Source: an uncultured delta proteobacterium (GTDB lineage: Bacteria; Myxococcota; B64-G9). Taken from it: a stretch of DNA of 64,000 nucleotides. How positions within the stretch are numbered: position 1 is the first letter of the stretch; the number at the start of each line of letters is the position of its first letter. Position numbers and translations under genes: made by a program. Of this stretch, positions 40,694 through 51,210 are shown one piece after another. The notes under the pieces are model-generated. The model worked only from the letters and a program-made list of their open reading frames with translations. It made no database searches and was not told the DNA's origin. Where the stretch lies: contig CAVWHX010000004.1 in the NCBI GenBank assembly GCA_963754925.1, positions 608,001 through 672,000 on the forward strand, read 5' to 3'.

Positions 40694-42433
40694 ATGAATC
40701 AGACAATCGCAAAAGCCGAATTGTGGGAAGGGAAGATTAAGGAAAGCGGCATACCGGTCGGTGAGCTCAGACTCCAGGAAATTGCAAGGATTGCCCGTGA
40801 GGCGGGCGCCGATCACCTTGCCGCAGAAGCGCAGGCCCTGGCTCAGCGCGTGCTCGAAGGGCTTTTTTTCGTGGCCTGCGTTGGGCAGTTCAAACGGGGG
40901 AAGTCTTCCTTAATCAACGCCCTCATCGGCAACGCGGCCCTGCCGGTCGGGGTAGCGCCGATTACGACGGTTGTCACCGTCATCCGGCACGGTGAAAAAA
41001 GAAGCGCGCGGATCCGATTCACCAAAGGCGATTGGCAGATAATTGATCCGGAGCAGTTGACGGAGTTTGTTTCCGAGGAGCATAATCCTGAAAACAGCAA
41101 AGGCGTGACCGCCGTCGAGGTGTTCACGCCGAGCACCCTCCTGTCTTCCGGCATGTGCCTGGTCGACACCCCGGGGATCGGGTCGGTGTTCACCGGCAAC
41201 ACCGAAGCCACCCGCACCTTTGTTCCGCACATCGACGCCGCCATCGCGGTGCTCGGGGGCGATCCGCCCATATCGGGCGATGAAATGGCTCTTGTCCAAG
41301 AAGTCTCGAAATATTGCCAGGACATTCTCTTTGTTCTCAACAAAGCCGATCGACTCTCGGATGCCGAACGCAAAGCCGCAACGGATTTTTCGTTGAAGGT
41401 GCTTTCCAAACGCCTGGGTAAATTACACGGACGCATCTTTGCGGTGAGCGCCGCCGAGCGGCTGGCCGGCAGCGGCCCTGAGAGGGACTGGGCCAGCTTC
41501 AAGAACGCTCTCGAAACCTTGGCGAAACAATCGGGCAGCGACTTGGTGCGAGCGGCCGAGGAGCGCGGGCGTGCTCTCATCTCGGAGAGGCTTACCCGTT
41601 TTTTGAACGAGGGACACGACGCATTGCTGCGGCCTATCGAGGAGTCGGAAAAACGGGTTGCTTCGCTGCGATCCTGTGTCGCGGATGCCGAGCAATCGCT
41701 CAATGACCTCGGCTTTCTCTTTATGGCCGAGCAAGAGCGCCTGGGCCGGATCTTCCGCGAGAAAAGAGATGCGTTTTTAAAGCGCGCTCTCACGGCTGCG
41801 CGGTGGGAGTTCGCCGAGGAGCTGAGTCAACTGAAACTCCGGGGAACGGTTTTAAGAGACAAAGCCATTGATGTCGCTTGCGACATCGGCGAACGTTGGC
41901 TCAATAAGTGGCTGATAGAGGCCGAACCTGCGGCAGAGACTCTTTACGTCGAGTCCACCCGTCGATTTGTCGATTTGGCCAACGAATTCCTGGTGAATCT
42001 GGCACATTCGGGCAACGGCGCGATCGCAAACCTTCCGACGCTGGTCGAACCGGAAAAAGGCTTCAGGGTCAAAAGCCGCCTGTTTTACGCCACACTTATG
42101 TCTCTCACCGGTCGGACCCCTTTCGGATGGTTGATAGACCTTATCGGACCACGCTCCTGGAGGATACGCAGGACCGACCGCGACATCGGCGAATACCTGG
42201 AGTATGTGCTAACCATCAATGCAAACCGCGTCGCCAACGACTTCAACGATCGCGTTCTCGAGAGCCGACGAAGGTTGGAGTCTGAGATTCATTCGCATTT
42301 GAGCGGCGTGTCGGGAGCGGCTGAGATCGCTCTCAATCGCGCCAAAAAAAGCCAGGCGCAGGGAAAAGCGGCGGTAGAGAGCGAGCTCGCCCGCATAGAA
42401 GAGCATAGAAGGAGACTGGTTGATCTCGTTTAG
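40694..42433 (+). CDS. Dynamin-like GTPase
   Basis: GQFKRGKSS, DTPG, NKAD; helical C-terminal region; GGAGG RBS. Confidence 0.85.
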   Translation: MNQTIAKAELWEGKIKESGIPVGELRLQEIARIAREAGADHLAAEAQALAQRVLEGLFFVACVGQFKRGKSSLINALIGNAALPVGVAPITTVVTVIRHGEKRSARIRFTKGDWQIIDPEQLTEFVSEEHNPENSKGVTAVEVFTPSTLLSSGMCLVDTPGIGSVFTGNTEATRTFVPHIDAAIAVLGGDPPISGDEMALVQEVSKYCQDILFVLNKADRLSDAERKAATDFSLKVLSKRLGKLHGRIFAVSAAERLAGSGPERDWASFKNALETLAKQSGSDLVRAAEERGRALISERLTRFLNEGHDALLRPIEESEKRVASLRSCVADAEQSLNDLGFLFMAEQERLGRIFREKRDAFLKRALTAARWEFAEELSQLKLRGTVLRDKAIDVACDIGERWLNKWLIEAEPAAETLYVESTRRFVDLANEFLVNLAHSGNGAIANLPTLVEPEKGFRVKSRLFYATLMSLTGRTPFGWLIDLIGPRSWRIRRTDRDIGEYLEYVLTINANRVANDFNDRVLESRRRLESEIHSHLSGVSGAAEIALNRAKKSQAQGKAAVESELARIEEHRRRLVDLV

Positions 42434-42609
42434 GCTGCACGGGCGCAATTTTCTCGAAGGCAGGTGGGTTTCTGATTGCTTGAGCGGAAACATACGCCAC
42501 ACGGCATTGAGGCGTTGATTTTCAAGATCGACGCCTGATAGACTGCATCGATTCGCACCCACAACCAATGAATTCTTTTTTGCGAGAATGATCGAGAGGT
42601 ACTAGATCG

Positions 42610-43080
42610 ATGTACAAACCAAGTGAAAAATGCGTCTTTTGCAAAATCCTCGCAGCCAAGGCCCCCGCTTACATCGTTGGCGAGAACGAACAGGCGGTGG
42701 CGCTCCTCGACATCCAGCCATATGCTCGCGGGCACTGCCTGGTGATCTCCCGACGGCACGTGCCGTGGTGGCACGACCTCACCGCCGAAGAGAGTGCCGG
42801 TCTATTCACCTTGGCGCAGAAAACCGCGCGGAAGATCATGAAGGTTTTTAAACCTGAGTTCGTCTCCCTGTATGCTCGGGGCCGACGCATTCCCCACACC
42901 CACATCTTCTTAGTGCCCACGAACAAGGGCGAGCCGTTCGATCGCCACTTCAATGCGCTCGAAGGGTTCCAGGAGACGGCACAATTTCTCGCCGGCTTGC
43001 GAGAGCCCGCTGAATTGAAAGCAACGCTCGACCTTCTTACCGTAGGCAAGAACCGTAACCTCTCCAGAACTAAGAGGTGA
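42610..43080 (+). CDS. HIT-family nucleotide hydrolase
   Basis: CVFCKI, GHCLVI, HTHIFL (third His replaced by Phe). Confidence 0.85.
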   Translation: MYKPSEKCVFCKILAAKAPAYIVGENEQAVALLDIQPYARGHCLVISRRHVPWWHDLTAEESAGLFTLAQKTARKIMKVFKPEFVSLYARGRRIPHTHIFLVPTNKGEPFDRHFNALEGFQETAQFLAGLREPAELKATLDLLTVGKNRNLSRTKR

Positions 43081-43140
43081 TTGGTTGGGGTTCACCAGGC
43101 CAAACAGTCCCCCTTCTGTTCTGACAAAAAATCTAATATG

Positions 43141-44203
43141 TCACCCCTGCCTCTGAAGAACGGCGTCAACAGGTAGATGTGACACCACCTGAGGAAAGTA
43201 AGTCGTCGTCCTGAACCAGGCCTCAAGGTCAACGGGTAGGAGCAAGAGGATGCTTGGGTCAAGGCCTTCATCCTCCAAGAGTTGTGCGGGTGTTTTAGCG
43301 CTCTTGGAGTAGTTGGGTCTGGCGAAGTTCCACCAGTGTTGGTAGATAGAGACCTTCTGGAAGAAGTCCTGTCTGGATGTAAATGGTTCGAGATCAAAGA
43401 ACTCCTGTTCAATGGATGCATGGGAACTCTCAACATCGGCGTGGGCGTTTGGGGTGGCAGGGGGCAGGAAGCGGTGGATGATCCCGGCCTGCTGGATTTT
43501 GGCATGGAAGCCTCGTTCCCGCTCGTTCTTGTCATGGCCACCATATTCGACGCCGTTGTCGGTGGACAAGATAGCACGGCGGAGGTTGACGAGATGCTTT
43601 TTCAGGTGGGTCAGCAAGCGCCGGGAGGTCATGGTGGCGTAGGTGGTGGAGAGCTCGTCGGCGTAAGAGATAAAGAGAGCACCGCTTTTGACATCACGGT
43701 GGGTGTACTGGTGTTTGGGGAGGCCGAGTTTCTTCATCTGCGGCCAGTAGGCGGGGATATCGAAGAGGGGTTTCATATCGGCCTGGAGGCGTTGGAAGCA
43801 TCTGTATTTAGCTTTGATAGCCCGCAGGTCGTTTTTGCGCTGACGCTTTTTGCGACGGCGGCCCGATAAGCCTTGCTGGCGCAGGATGCGAGCGATGGCG
43901 CCAGAGGAAGCCAGTGATTCCAAACAGGTCGCGCAGGCGGCGCGGTCCGAAGCAGGGAACCTTCTTGCGTGCGTTGAGGATCTTCGCTTCTTGGTACCGG
44001 GAAGTCTTGTGGGGGCAGGTCTTGGGTCTCCGGGAGCGGTCCTGGAGTGAGGTACGACCGCCGGCGTCAAAGCGGGCACGCCATCGCCGTACGGTGTTGG
44101 GGGTGGTAGCAAAGGCACGCGCAGCGGGGCGTATGCCGTGGGTCGTGGCGTACTGCACCAACTGAAGGCGAAGCGAATATTTATGGTCTTTCGTGGTGGT
44201 CAT
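43141..44203 (-). CDS. HTH plus integrase-core (DDE) transposase, frameshift near 43915
   Basis: AARAFATTPNTVRRW..DRSRRP N-terminus; QADMK, TDNGVEY, DVESSH, WNFARPN. Confidence 0.85.
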
Positions 44204-44430
44204 GGCGTAATAACTAAATGGGGTCAGGGCCGTACCTCCTTGTGATGAAAGTCTTCGCAAACCTTCATTCAAGAGGATTTTGGTCCTGACCTCATCTCCT
44301 TTTTTGTTGCCGCGGCTTCCTTGGGGGGCTAGCCCCCCAAGGAAGCTTTCCCTTCAACATTGCCAATCCCTTGCTCCCCATGCTCCTGAGAGCAGAAAGA
44401 GGTGGTGTCAGATCTACCTGGGCTTGCCCA
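43158..44430 (-). mobile_element. IS481-related/ISNCY-type insertion sequence flanked by 15-bp direct repeats
   Basis: DR ACCCCTGCCTCTGAA at 43143-43157 and 44431-44445; 21-bp IR (20/21 match) at 43170-43190 and 44400-44420. Confidence 0.85.
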
Positions 44431-44494
44431 ACCCCTGCCTCTGAACGACTTGACATGGATGCCGGGCATGTTTACAGTATAATCACCTGCTGAT

Positions 44495-44549
44495 GGTGGT
44501 GGAGTCCACCGAGAATTGTCACAATCCTACCGTGGCCAATGACTCCTAC
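44495..44549 (+). ncRNA. Fluoride riboswitch (second copy)
   Basis: GGTGGTGGAGTCCACC...GCCAATGACTCCTAC; TTGACA at 44450 and TATAAT at 44478 upstream. Confidence 0.8.
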
Positions 44550-44642
44550 GGGGCTGTTCCTCCGCAGGAGCGAGCAAGCCAGAATTAGAGATCAGCCCCG
44601 CGAGCAAATGTTCTGCGCCCCTCGGCGCAAGGAGGCTGACGG

Positions 44643-45878
44643 ATGGATCAGACATTCGCGGTGGCAGCCCTGTGGGTCGGGCTGGCCCTTATCGCCACTT
44701 TCCTCGCTTCTCGTCTCAAGATCTCAAACGCTCTCATGGAGATCTGCATCGGTCTGGCAGCCGGAGCCGTCGCCATGCACTACTTCGGGCCGGAGGCGAT
44801 GGGTGCAAAGCTCCCGTGGATTACCTTCATAGCAAGCACCGGCGCCGTGCTGCTCACCTTCTTGGCAGGCGCGGAGCTTGAGCCGGCAGTGATGCGACAG
44901 AAGTGGAAGGAGGTTTCGATCGTCGGCGCGGTCGGCTTCATCGCCCCATTCCTCGGCTGCACAGCCGTCGCTCGGTTCGTCCTCGGCTGGTCTCCCGCGT
45001 CGAGCTGGCTCGGAGGCATCGCGCTTTCGACAACGTCGATGGCGGTGGTCTACGCCGTAATGCTTCAAACCGGGTTCAATAAGACCGAGTTCGGCAAGGG
45101 CATTCTCGGCGCCTGCTTCGTGAACGATCTCGGGACGGTGGTGGCGCTCGGGTTGATATTTTCGCCGTTTACCTGGAAGACGGTGGTGTTCGTGGGCGGC
45201 TGCCTCGTCGCCTTTATACTCTTGCCCCTGGTCACCCCGCGCCTGATCAATCATTACGCAAACCGTACCTCCGCCTTCCGCACCAAATGGGTGCTTTTTC
45301 TTTTATTCGGCATGGGAGCGCTCGCATTGTGGGCAGGGAGCGAGGCGGTGCTTCCCGCGTACATCGCGGGAATGTTGTTATCTAGCGATCTTGCAGCCGA
45401 CCACCAATTCATCCGGCGGTTACGCACGCTTACGATCGGCTTTTTAAGCCCGTTCTATTTTCTGCGGGCTGGATCGCTCGTGTCGCTTTCTGCGCTCGTC
45501 GCGGCCCCCCTGGTGTTTTTAGCGCTGTTCGGCGGTAAGATTGCAACCAAAGTCTTTGGGTTGGTGCCGGTCGTTTCTGCTTTCAGAAAAGACCGCAAAG
45601 AGCGATGGTACTACACCTTGATGATGTCGACCGGGCTGACGTTTGGCACGATCTCGGCGCTTTTTGGGCTTACGCACGGCATTGTCACCCAGGATCAATA
45701 CTCGCACTTAGTTGCGGTCGTCATCGGCTCGGCCGTAGTGCCCACCCTGATCGCGGGTGCCATCTTCCTGCCTCGCCACCTCCTCACTCCTCGTGTAGAA
45801 GCGGAGATACTGGCGGATGCCGAGGCCGTTACATCGCGCAGGCGGACTGCGCCGCCGGGCCAGCTTGAGGAGGGGTAA
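44643..45878 (+). CDS. Cation:proton antiporter (CPA2-like)
   Basis: FLAGAE, LSTTSMAVV, NDLG, PFYF; about 12 TM segments; AAGGAGG RBS. Confidence 0.9.
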   Translation: MDQTFAVAALWVGLALIATFLASRLKISNALMEICIGLAAGAVAMHYFGPEAMGAKLPWITFIASTGAVLLTFLAGAELEPAVMRQKWKEVSIVGAVGFIAPFLGCTAVARFVLGWSPASSWLGGIALSTTSMAVVYAVMLQTGFNKTEFGKGILGACFVNDLGTVVALGLIFSPFTWKTVVFVGGCLVAFILLPLVTPRLINHYANRTSAFRTKWVLFLLFGMGALALWAGSEAVLPAYIAGMLLSSDLAADHQFIRRLRTLTIGFLSPFYFLRAGSLVSLSALVAAPLVFLALFGGKIATKVFGLVPVVSAFRKDRKERWYYTLMMSTGLTFGTISALFGLTHGIVTQDQYSHLVAVVIGSAVVPTLIAGAIFLPRHLLTPRVEAEILADAEAVTSRRRTAPPGQLEEG

Positions 45879-45879
45879 A

Positions 45880-45990
45880 GGATAAGGGATTGTCCACAGG
45901 ACAAGAAATTGTCCGGAGGATAAGAGATTCTAGCCTCGCTGCGCTCGCAAGAATCTCTAATAACTCGCTACGCTCGACAACACTCTCTAG
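45880..45990. repeat. REP-like composite copy 5
   Basis: Tandem ggataag/ggacaag arms, agagattct-agcctcgctgcgctcgca-agaatctct, then a half copy ctcgctacgctcgacaac. Confidence 0.7.
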
Positions 45991-46008
45991 TACGCAATAC
46001 TTCACTCA

Positions 46009-46788
46009 CTAAAGTCTCTGCCTACGTTCTTTTAAAACATCCAAAACCGCCCGCACCACCGTTTCGACCAGTTTCGACTGATCGTGGTTTGTTCGGCGGC
46101 GGTTACCGCGCAGGCGTTTGCCGGCCGCCTCGCAGGGCAGCACCCTGCCCGGCAAGCCAAGCTGGGTACGAATCTCACAAAGTTTCCTAACCTCGGCAGC
46201 CGTGAGATCGTTGACCCCGCCGAGTAGCATGGCGTTATGCAGGATGGTGGCGGTCATCTCGAGGCTCTCCATTTTGAACCAGGCCGACTCCAGTGTCTCG
46301 GCCCAGGTCACCGCTCCATGGTTGGACAACAGCACCGCATCACAACGAGCAATAAAGGGACGAAGGGACGCCGGCATTTCGTCGGTAGAGGGCGTGCTGT
46401 AGGGCACCGTGGGAATCGCCCCCATGGTGATAACGGTCTCCGGCAGAACACATCGATCCAACCCAATGCCCGCCACCGAAAAAGCGGTGGCTACCGGCGG
46501 ATGCGCGTGCACGACGGCATTGATCTCCGGCCGATTCCGATAGATTTCCAGGTGCATCTTCAGTTCAGAGGACGGTTGTCGATCGCCGTCTATAACCGTA
46601 CCATCGAGATCGGTCAGCGCCAGCATATCGGCGGTCATGAAACCCTTGCTGACGCCGGTGGGAGTGGTCAGTAGTCGGTCACCCTCCAGACGCACCGAGA
46701 GGTTGCCCTCATTGCCGGCCAGCAAACCCCGCTGCCAGAGGCGACGTCCAATCTCAACCAGAGCATCCCTTGCCTCGTCAGTTCGCAT
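46009..46788 (-). CDS. Class II aldolase/adducin family protein with C-terminal extension
   Basis: EGNLS, TPTG, PSSELKMH, HAHP, NHG. Confidence 0.9.
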   Translation of the reverse strand: MRTDEARDALVEIGRRLWQRGLLAGNEGNLSVRLEGDRLLTTPTGVSKGFMTADMLALTDLDGTVIDGDRQPSSELKMHLEIYRNRPEINAVVHAHPPVATAFSVAGIGLDRCVLPETVITMGAIPTVPYSTPSTDEMPASLRPFIARCDAVLLSNHGAVTWAETLESAWFKMESLEMTATILHNAMLLGGVNDLTAAEVRKLCEIRTQLGLPGRVLPCEAAGKRLRGNRRRTNHDQSKLVETVVRAVLDVLKERRQRL

Positions 46789-46808
46789 CCATCTCCTTAC
46801 CTGCCGGT

Positions 46809-47516
46809 TCACCCGGCAACTATCGCAACCGATGCTGACGTTCCCAGTCGGGTCGCGCCCGCAGTCACCAAGGCGATGGCGAATGCACGGTCGCGGATAC
46901 CGCCCGAGGCTTTGACACCCATCTGTGGGCCGACGGTCTCACGCATCAAGGATACATCCTCGACCGTCGCCCCGCCGGGGCCAAATCCGGTCGAGGTCTT
47001 GACAAAGTCGGCGCCCGCCTGCTTGGCCATGAGACAGGCCTTGATCTTTTCCTCGCGGGTGAGCAAAGCTGTTTCGAGGATTACCTTCACGAGCGCCCTA
47101 CCCTGCGCCGCCATTACCACCTCGCGTAGGTCGCGTCGTACCGGGCCATCGTTGCCGGATTTTAGAGCGCCGATATTGATCACCACATCGATCTCGGTCG
47201 CGCCGTTGGCGATGGCGTCGCGCGTCTCAACCACCTTAACGACGGTCGTTGTCGCGCCCAGCGGAAAACCAATCACGGTGCAAACCCCGACGCCGCTACC
47301 GGCCATTAACTCCGCACAGAGGCCTACCCAGCTTGGGTTTACGCACACCGCAGCAAATTGATACTGGCGCGCCTCGGCGCAGAGCGTGCGGATCTGCGCC
47401 TCAGTCGCTTCGGGTTTGAGCGCGGTATGATCGATCAAACGGGCAAGCTCACGGGGATTAGAAATCAACTCGCCGCTGTTTACGTCTCGATGAATTCTGG
47501 ATGCGGATTGTGCCAT
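46809..47516 (-). CDS. deoC: Deoxyribose-phosphate aldolase
   Basis: [34 protein letters not shown]. Confidence 0.95.
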   Translation of the reverse strand: MAQSASRIHRDVNSGELISNPRELARLIDHTALKPEATEAQIRTLCAEARQYQFAAVCVNPSWVGLCAELMAGSGVGVCTVIGFPLGATTTVVKVVETRDAIANGATEIDVVINIGALKSGNDGPVRRDLREVVMAAQGRALVKVILETALLTREEKIKACLMAKQAGADFVKTSTGFGPGGATVEDVSLMRETVGPQMGVKASGGIRDRAFAIALVTAGATRLGTSASVAIVAG

Positions 47517-47685
47517 GGGATAGACCGCTCGGGTATAAAAACATCAATGATCTATTGATGTCAAGCATGCCCAGAAGCGCAGGAGACGCTTTCCTTGCAT
47601 CGCAGCATAAGAGGTGTTAAGACTCTCAACGCAAACTTCTTCCCAAGGTGCGAAGAAGTCTATGAAAACGTGCAGGGAATTAACT

Positions 47686-49599
47686 ATGTCTTTGATTTCT
47701 AAAATAAATTCACCATGCGATGTGCGACAGCTGCCGTTAGAGCAGCTTCCTGAATTATGCAAAGAACTGCGCGAACGCATTATCGAGGTAGTCAACCAGA
47801 ACGGCGGGCACCTGGCCTCCTCGTTGGGCGTGGTCGAGCTGACCGTGGCGCTCCATTACGTTTTCGAATCGCCCACCGACGCTATTATTTGGGATGTCGG
47901 CAACCAAACCTACGCCCACAAGCTGCTTACCGGCCGACGCGATCGGTTCAACACCATAAGAAAAAAGGGCGGCCTGTCCGGCTTTACCCGCCGGGAGGAG
48001 AGCGAGCATGACCCCTTCGGCACCGGACACGCTTCCACCAGTATCAGCGCAGCTCTCGGCATAGCCGAGGGGCGTCGGCTCAAGGGTCAAGCGGGCAAGG
48101 TGGTGGCGGTTATTGGTGACGGCGGCATGACCGGCGGTATGGCTTTTGAGGCACTCAACCACGCGGGCTCGCTCAAACGCAACGTCGTGGTGGTGCTCAA
48201 TGATAACGGCATGTTCATCGCCCCACGGGTTGGAGCGATGAGCACCTGGCTCAGCCAAAAGTTGACCGGCCAGAGATTCAATCAAATGCGCCGGCGCATC
48301 AAAGACGTTCTGACCGGATTACCAAACTATGGCGAGGCGACCGTTCAGTTAATCCATAAGGTTATGGAGAGCACCAAGGTGTTCTTCACCTCGGGAATTC
48401 TTTTCGAGGGACTCAATTTCCAGTACGTTGGTCCGGTCGACGGTCATGACCTCAATGCCCTCCTGCCAATCCTGCAAAACGTCCGTACGTTGGATGGCCC
48501 GGTTTTGGTGCATGTGCGCACGATCAAGGGAAAGGGGTTGGCATGCGCCGAGACTGACCCCAGCCGTTTTCATGGGGTCGCACCCTTCTGTCTCGAGAGC
48601 GGCAACTCCACCGAAAAGGATCCGCATACGCCCGAGACGTACACCGAGGTATTTTCTCGGGCATTGGTCGGGGAAGGCCGGCGGAACCATCGGGTGGTGG
48701 CGATTACCGCTGCCATGCCCGAGGGAACCGGCCTGCAAGCTTTTGCCGAATGCTTCCCGGAACGGTTTTATGACGTCGGTATCGCCGAGGAACATGCCGT
48801 AACCTTCGCGGCCGGCCTGGCGTGTGAGGGGTTCCGCCCCGTGGTGGCGATATACTCGACATTTTTACAACGCTCCTATGACCAGATCCTGCACGATGTC
48901 TGCCTTCAAAACGTGCCGGTCACGTTCGTGCTGGATCGGGCAGGGCTCGTGGGTGAGGACGGCCCTACCCACCATGGCGCCTTTGATCTTTCATACCTGG
49001 GGACCATCCCGAATCTTACCGTTTGTGCCCCTTCCGACGAAAACGAACTGGTTCGGGCGCTAAGAACCGCTCTTGAAGCGCCTGGTCCGGTTGCGCTCCG
49101 CTATCCACGCGGGGCTGGGACTGGCGGCCGCGTGGACGCCAATCCGACGCCCCTACCGCTCGGTCGGGGCCGCCTGATACAGGACACCGAGCACCCCCGG
49201 GTAGCTCTGTTATGCGCCGGGACCACCGTATCGGCGGCGCTGCAAGCCGCCAAACGGCTCGAGCAACGCAAGATCCCGGCGCTTCTGGCCGATGCGCGCT
49301 TTATCAAACCCCTCGACGCCGAGCTTATCGTACAACTCGCCCGCAGAGCCGGGCGGATTCTCACCATCGAGGAGAACGCATTGTGCGGCGGCTTTGGCGC
49401 AGCGGTCTGTTCCCTTCTGCAGCAGCATTCTGTGCTGGTGCCGGTCAAGATGCTCGGGATACCTGATAGGTTTATTCCGCACGGCACCGCCAAACAACTT
49501 CGGCATGAGCTGCGACTCGATGCGGATGGAATCTTCGCCGCCGCGATGGAACTGGTTGAGTCTTTGGACGGTCATTCCACCGATGACCCCTCCCCGTAA
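47686..49599 (+). CDS. dxs: 1-deoxy-D-xylulose-5-phosphate synthase
   Basis: [39 protein letters not shown]. Confidence 0.96.
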   Translation: MSLISKINSPCDVRQLPLEQLPELCKELRERIIEVVNQNGGHLASSLGVVELTVALHYVFESPTDAIIWDVGNQTYAHKLLTGRRDRFNTIRKKGGLSGFTRREESEHDPFGTGHASTSISAALGIAEGRRLKGQAGKVVAVIGDGGMTGGMAFEALNHAGSLKRNVVVVLNDNGMFIAPRVGAMSTWLSQKLTGQRFNQMRRRIKDVLTGLPNYGEATVQLIHKVMESTKVFFTSGILFEGLNFQYVGPVDGHDLNALLPILQNVRTLDGPVLVHVRTIKGKGLACAETDPSRFHGVAPFCLESGNSTEKDPHTPETYTEVFSRALVGEGRRNHRVVAITAAMPEGTGLQAFAECFPERFYDVGIAEEHAVTFAAGLACEGFRPVVAIYSTFLQRSYDQILHDVCLQNVPVTFVLDRAGLVGEDGPTHHGAFDLSYLGTIPNLTVCAPSDENELVRALRTALEAPGPVALRYPRGAGTGGRVDANPTPLPLGRGRLIQDTEHPRVALLCAGTTVSAALQAAKRLEQRKIPALLADARFIKPLDAELIVQLARRAGRILTIEENALCGGFGAAVCSLLQQHSVLVPVKMLGIPDRFIPHGTAKQLRHELRLDADGIFAAAMELVESLDGHSTDDPSP

Positions 49600-50328
49600 A
49601 AAATGTCGGTTGGATCAGCTACTGGTCGATCGCGGACTCTGCGAGAGTCGCTCTAAGGCGTCAGCCTTGATTCTCGCCGGGAACGTGGTGGTCGGTGAAA
49701 ACCGGCGTGACAAGCCGGGAGCACCAGTCCCAACCGACGCGATCATTCAATTGAAACAACCCGAGCACCCCTATGTCTCGCGCGGCGGGGTTAAACTGGC
49801 GGGGGCACTCGATGATTTCGGCATACGCGTGCGCGGTTTGATAGCGCTCGATGTCGGTTCTTCAACCGGCGGTTTTACCGACTGCCTGCTGCAGCGGGGC
49901 GCTTTAAAGCCTACGCCCTGGACGTCGGCCGCGGGCAGCTTCACGCAACGCTACGCAACAATGCGCGCGTGTTTCCCCTTGAAGAAAAGAACGTCCGCTC
50001 ACTGGAGTCCCATGATTTGCCTGAGTTGGTTGATCTGGCGGTCATGGATCTCTCTTTTATCTCTCTCAAGCTCGCTCTCAAACCAGTCATCAATTGCCTT
50101 GTTCCCGGTGGGCAGATCGTGGCCCTGGTCAAGCCGCAGTTTGAGGTCGGCAAGGGCCAGGTGGGTAAGGGCGGCGTTGTACGCGATGCAGCGCTGCAAC
50201 AGGCCGCCGTGGAAGGAATCGCTGCGTTTGCCCAAACGCTCAATCTATCGGTCAACGGTCAGGCAATCTCCAAGCTACCCGGGGCAGACGGTAACATCGA
50301 GTTTTTCCTATGGTTGACAACAGGATAA
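49583..50328 (+). CDS. tlyA: TlyA-family rRNA methyltransferase, frameshift near 49908
   Basis: [38 protein letters not shown] in second frame. Confidence 0.9.
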
Positions 50329-50383
50329 AAAATCTTATGTTAATACCCGACAGTTTAAAAGCTCTCCCTAAAGGAGATTTTTT

Positions 50384-50638
50384 ATGGCCAAAACTATTCA
50401 TGTATACGCGTTGAGCACGTGCGGCTGGTGCCGAAAATGCAAGGCTTTTCTCGAGGACAATCACATCGATTACACCTGCTATGAAGTCGACCTTCTCGAG
50501 GGCGAAGAAAAGCAACGGGCCAGGGAAAAATTAGAACGCTATAATCCGCGGCGCTCGTACCCAACGATCGTGATCGATGATGCAGAAGTAATAGTCGGTT
50601 TTGACGAGGAGAAATTAAAGACATTACTTTCTTTGTGA
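50384..50638 (+). CDS. Glutaredoxin/NrdH-like redoxin
   Basis: CGWC, YPT, VGFD. Confidence 0.88.
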   Translation: MAKTIHVYALSTCGWCRKCKAFLEDNHIDYTCYEVDLLEGEEKQRAREKLERYNPRRSYPTIVIDDAEVIVGFDEEKLKTLLSL

Positions 50639-50694
50639 CCCGTTTTTTCTCGTTCATCTTGGTATCACTGAACATTTTTTATAAGGGGTAGCGT

Positions 50695-51186
50695 ATGGCC
50701 AGCGAACAGGCCAGGAAACTGTATGACAAGTTATATCGTGAAGCCGAGGCGGCGGGTTACCATCTCTACTCGGATGTCGATTTCGTGCTCGATCTCATGG
50801 AGGGGCTGATTACCAATGAAAAACGGTACGGCTACTGGGCATGCCCGTGCCGGCTCGCGGATGGGGTGCGCGAAAAGGATTTGGACATCATCTGCCCGTG
50901 TGACTATCGCGACCCAGACCTGGCTGAATACGGCGCCTGTTTCTGCGCCTTGTACGTTTCGGATGATGTGCTTTCGGGCAAACAAAAACTCAAACCCGTA
51001 CCCGAGCGGCGAGGTCAACCAACAACGCTTGCCGAACAAACTGCCGGCGAGGGTAGTGCGGTAACCAAGAGTTCCCTGCCGGTGTGGCGCTGCAAAGTGT
51101 GCGGCTACTTGTGTGCGGTGCACAATCCACCCTTGAAGTGCCCGATTTGCAAAGCCGACCGGGATCGATTCGAACGTTTTATGTAG
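50695..51186 (+). CDS. Ferredoxin:thioredoxin reductase catalytic domain fused to a rubredoxin-like domain (FDR-like)
   Basis: CPC...CPC...CFC plus WRCKVCGY..CPIC. Confidence 0.9.
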   Translation: MASEQARKLYDKLYREAEAAGYHLYSDVDFVLDLMEGLITNEKRYGYWACPCRLADGVREKDLDIICPCDYRDPDLAEYGACFCALYVSDDVLSGKQKLKPVPERRGQPTTLAEQTAGEGSAVTKSSLPVWRCKVCGYLCAVHNPPLKCPICKADRDRFERFM

Positions 51187-51210
51187 GTAGCAACGATCAG
51201 GAGGTGTCTC

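Noticed and set aside
40244..45990. Repeats considered as a CRISPR array
   Set aside because: No regular repeat-spacer periodicity and no cas genes
49895..49925. Programmed frameshifting in tlyA and other split genes
   Set aside because: No consistent slippery site or stimulator; frequency across unrelated genes favours sequencing error
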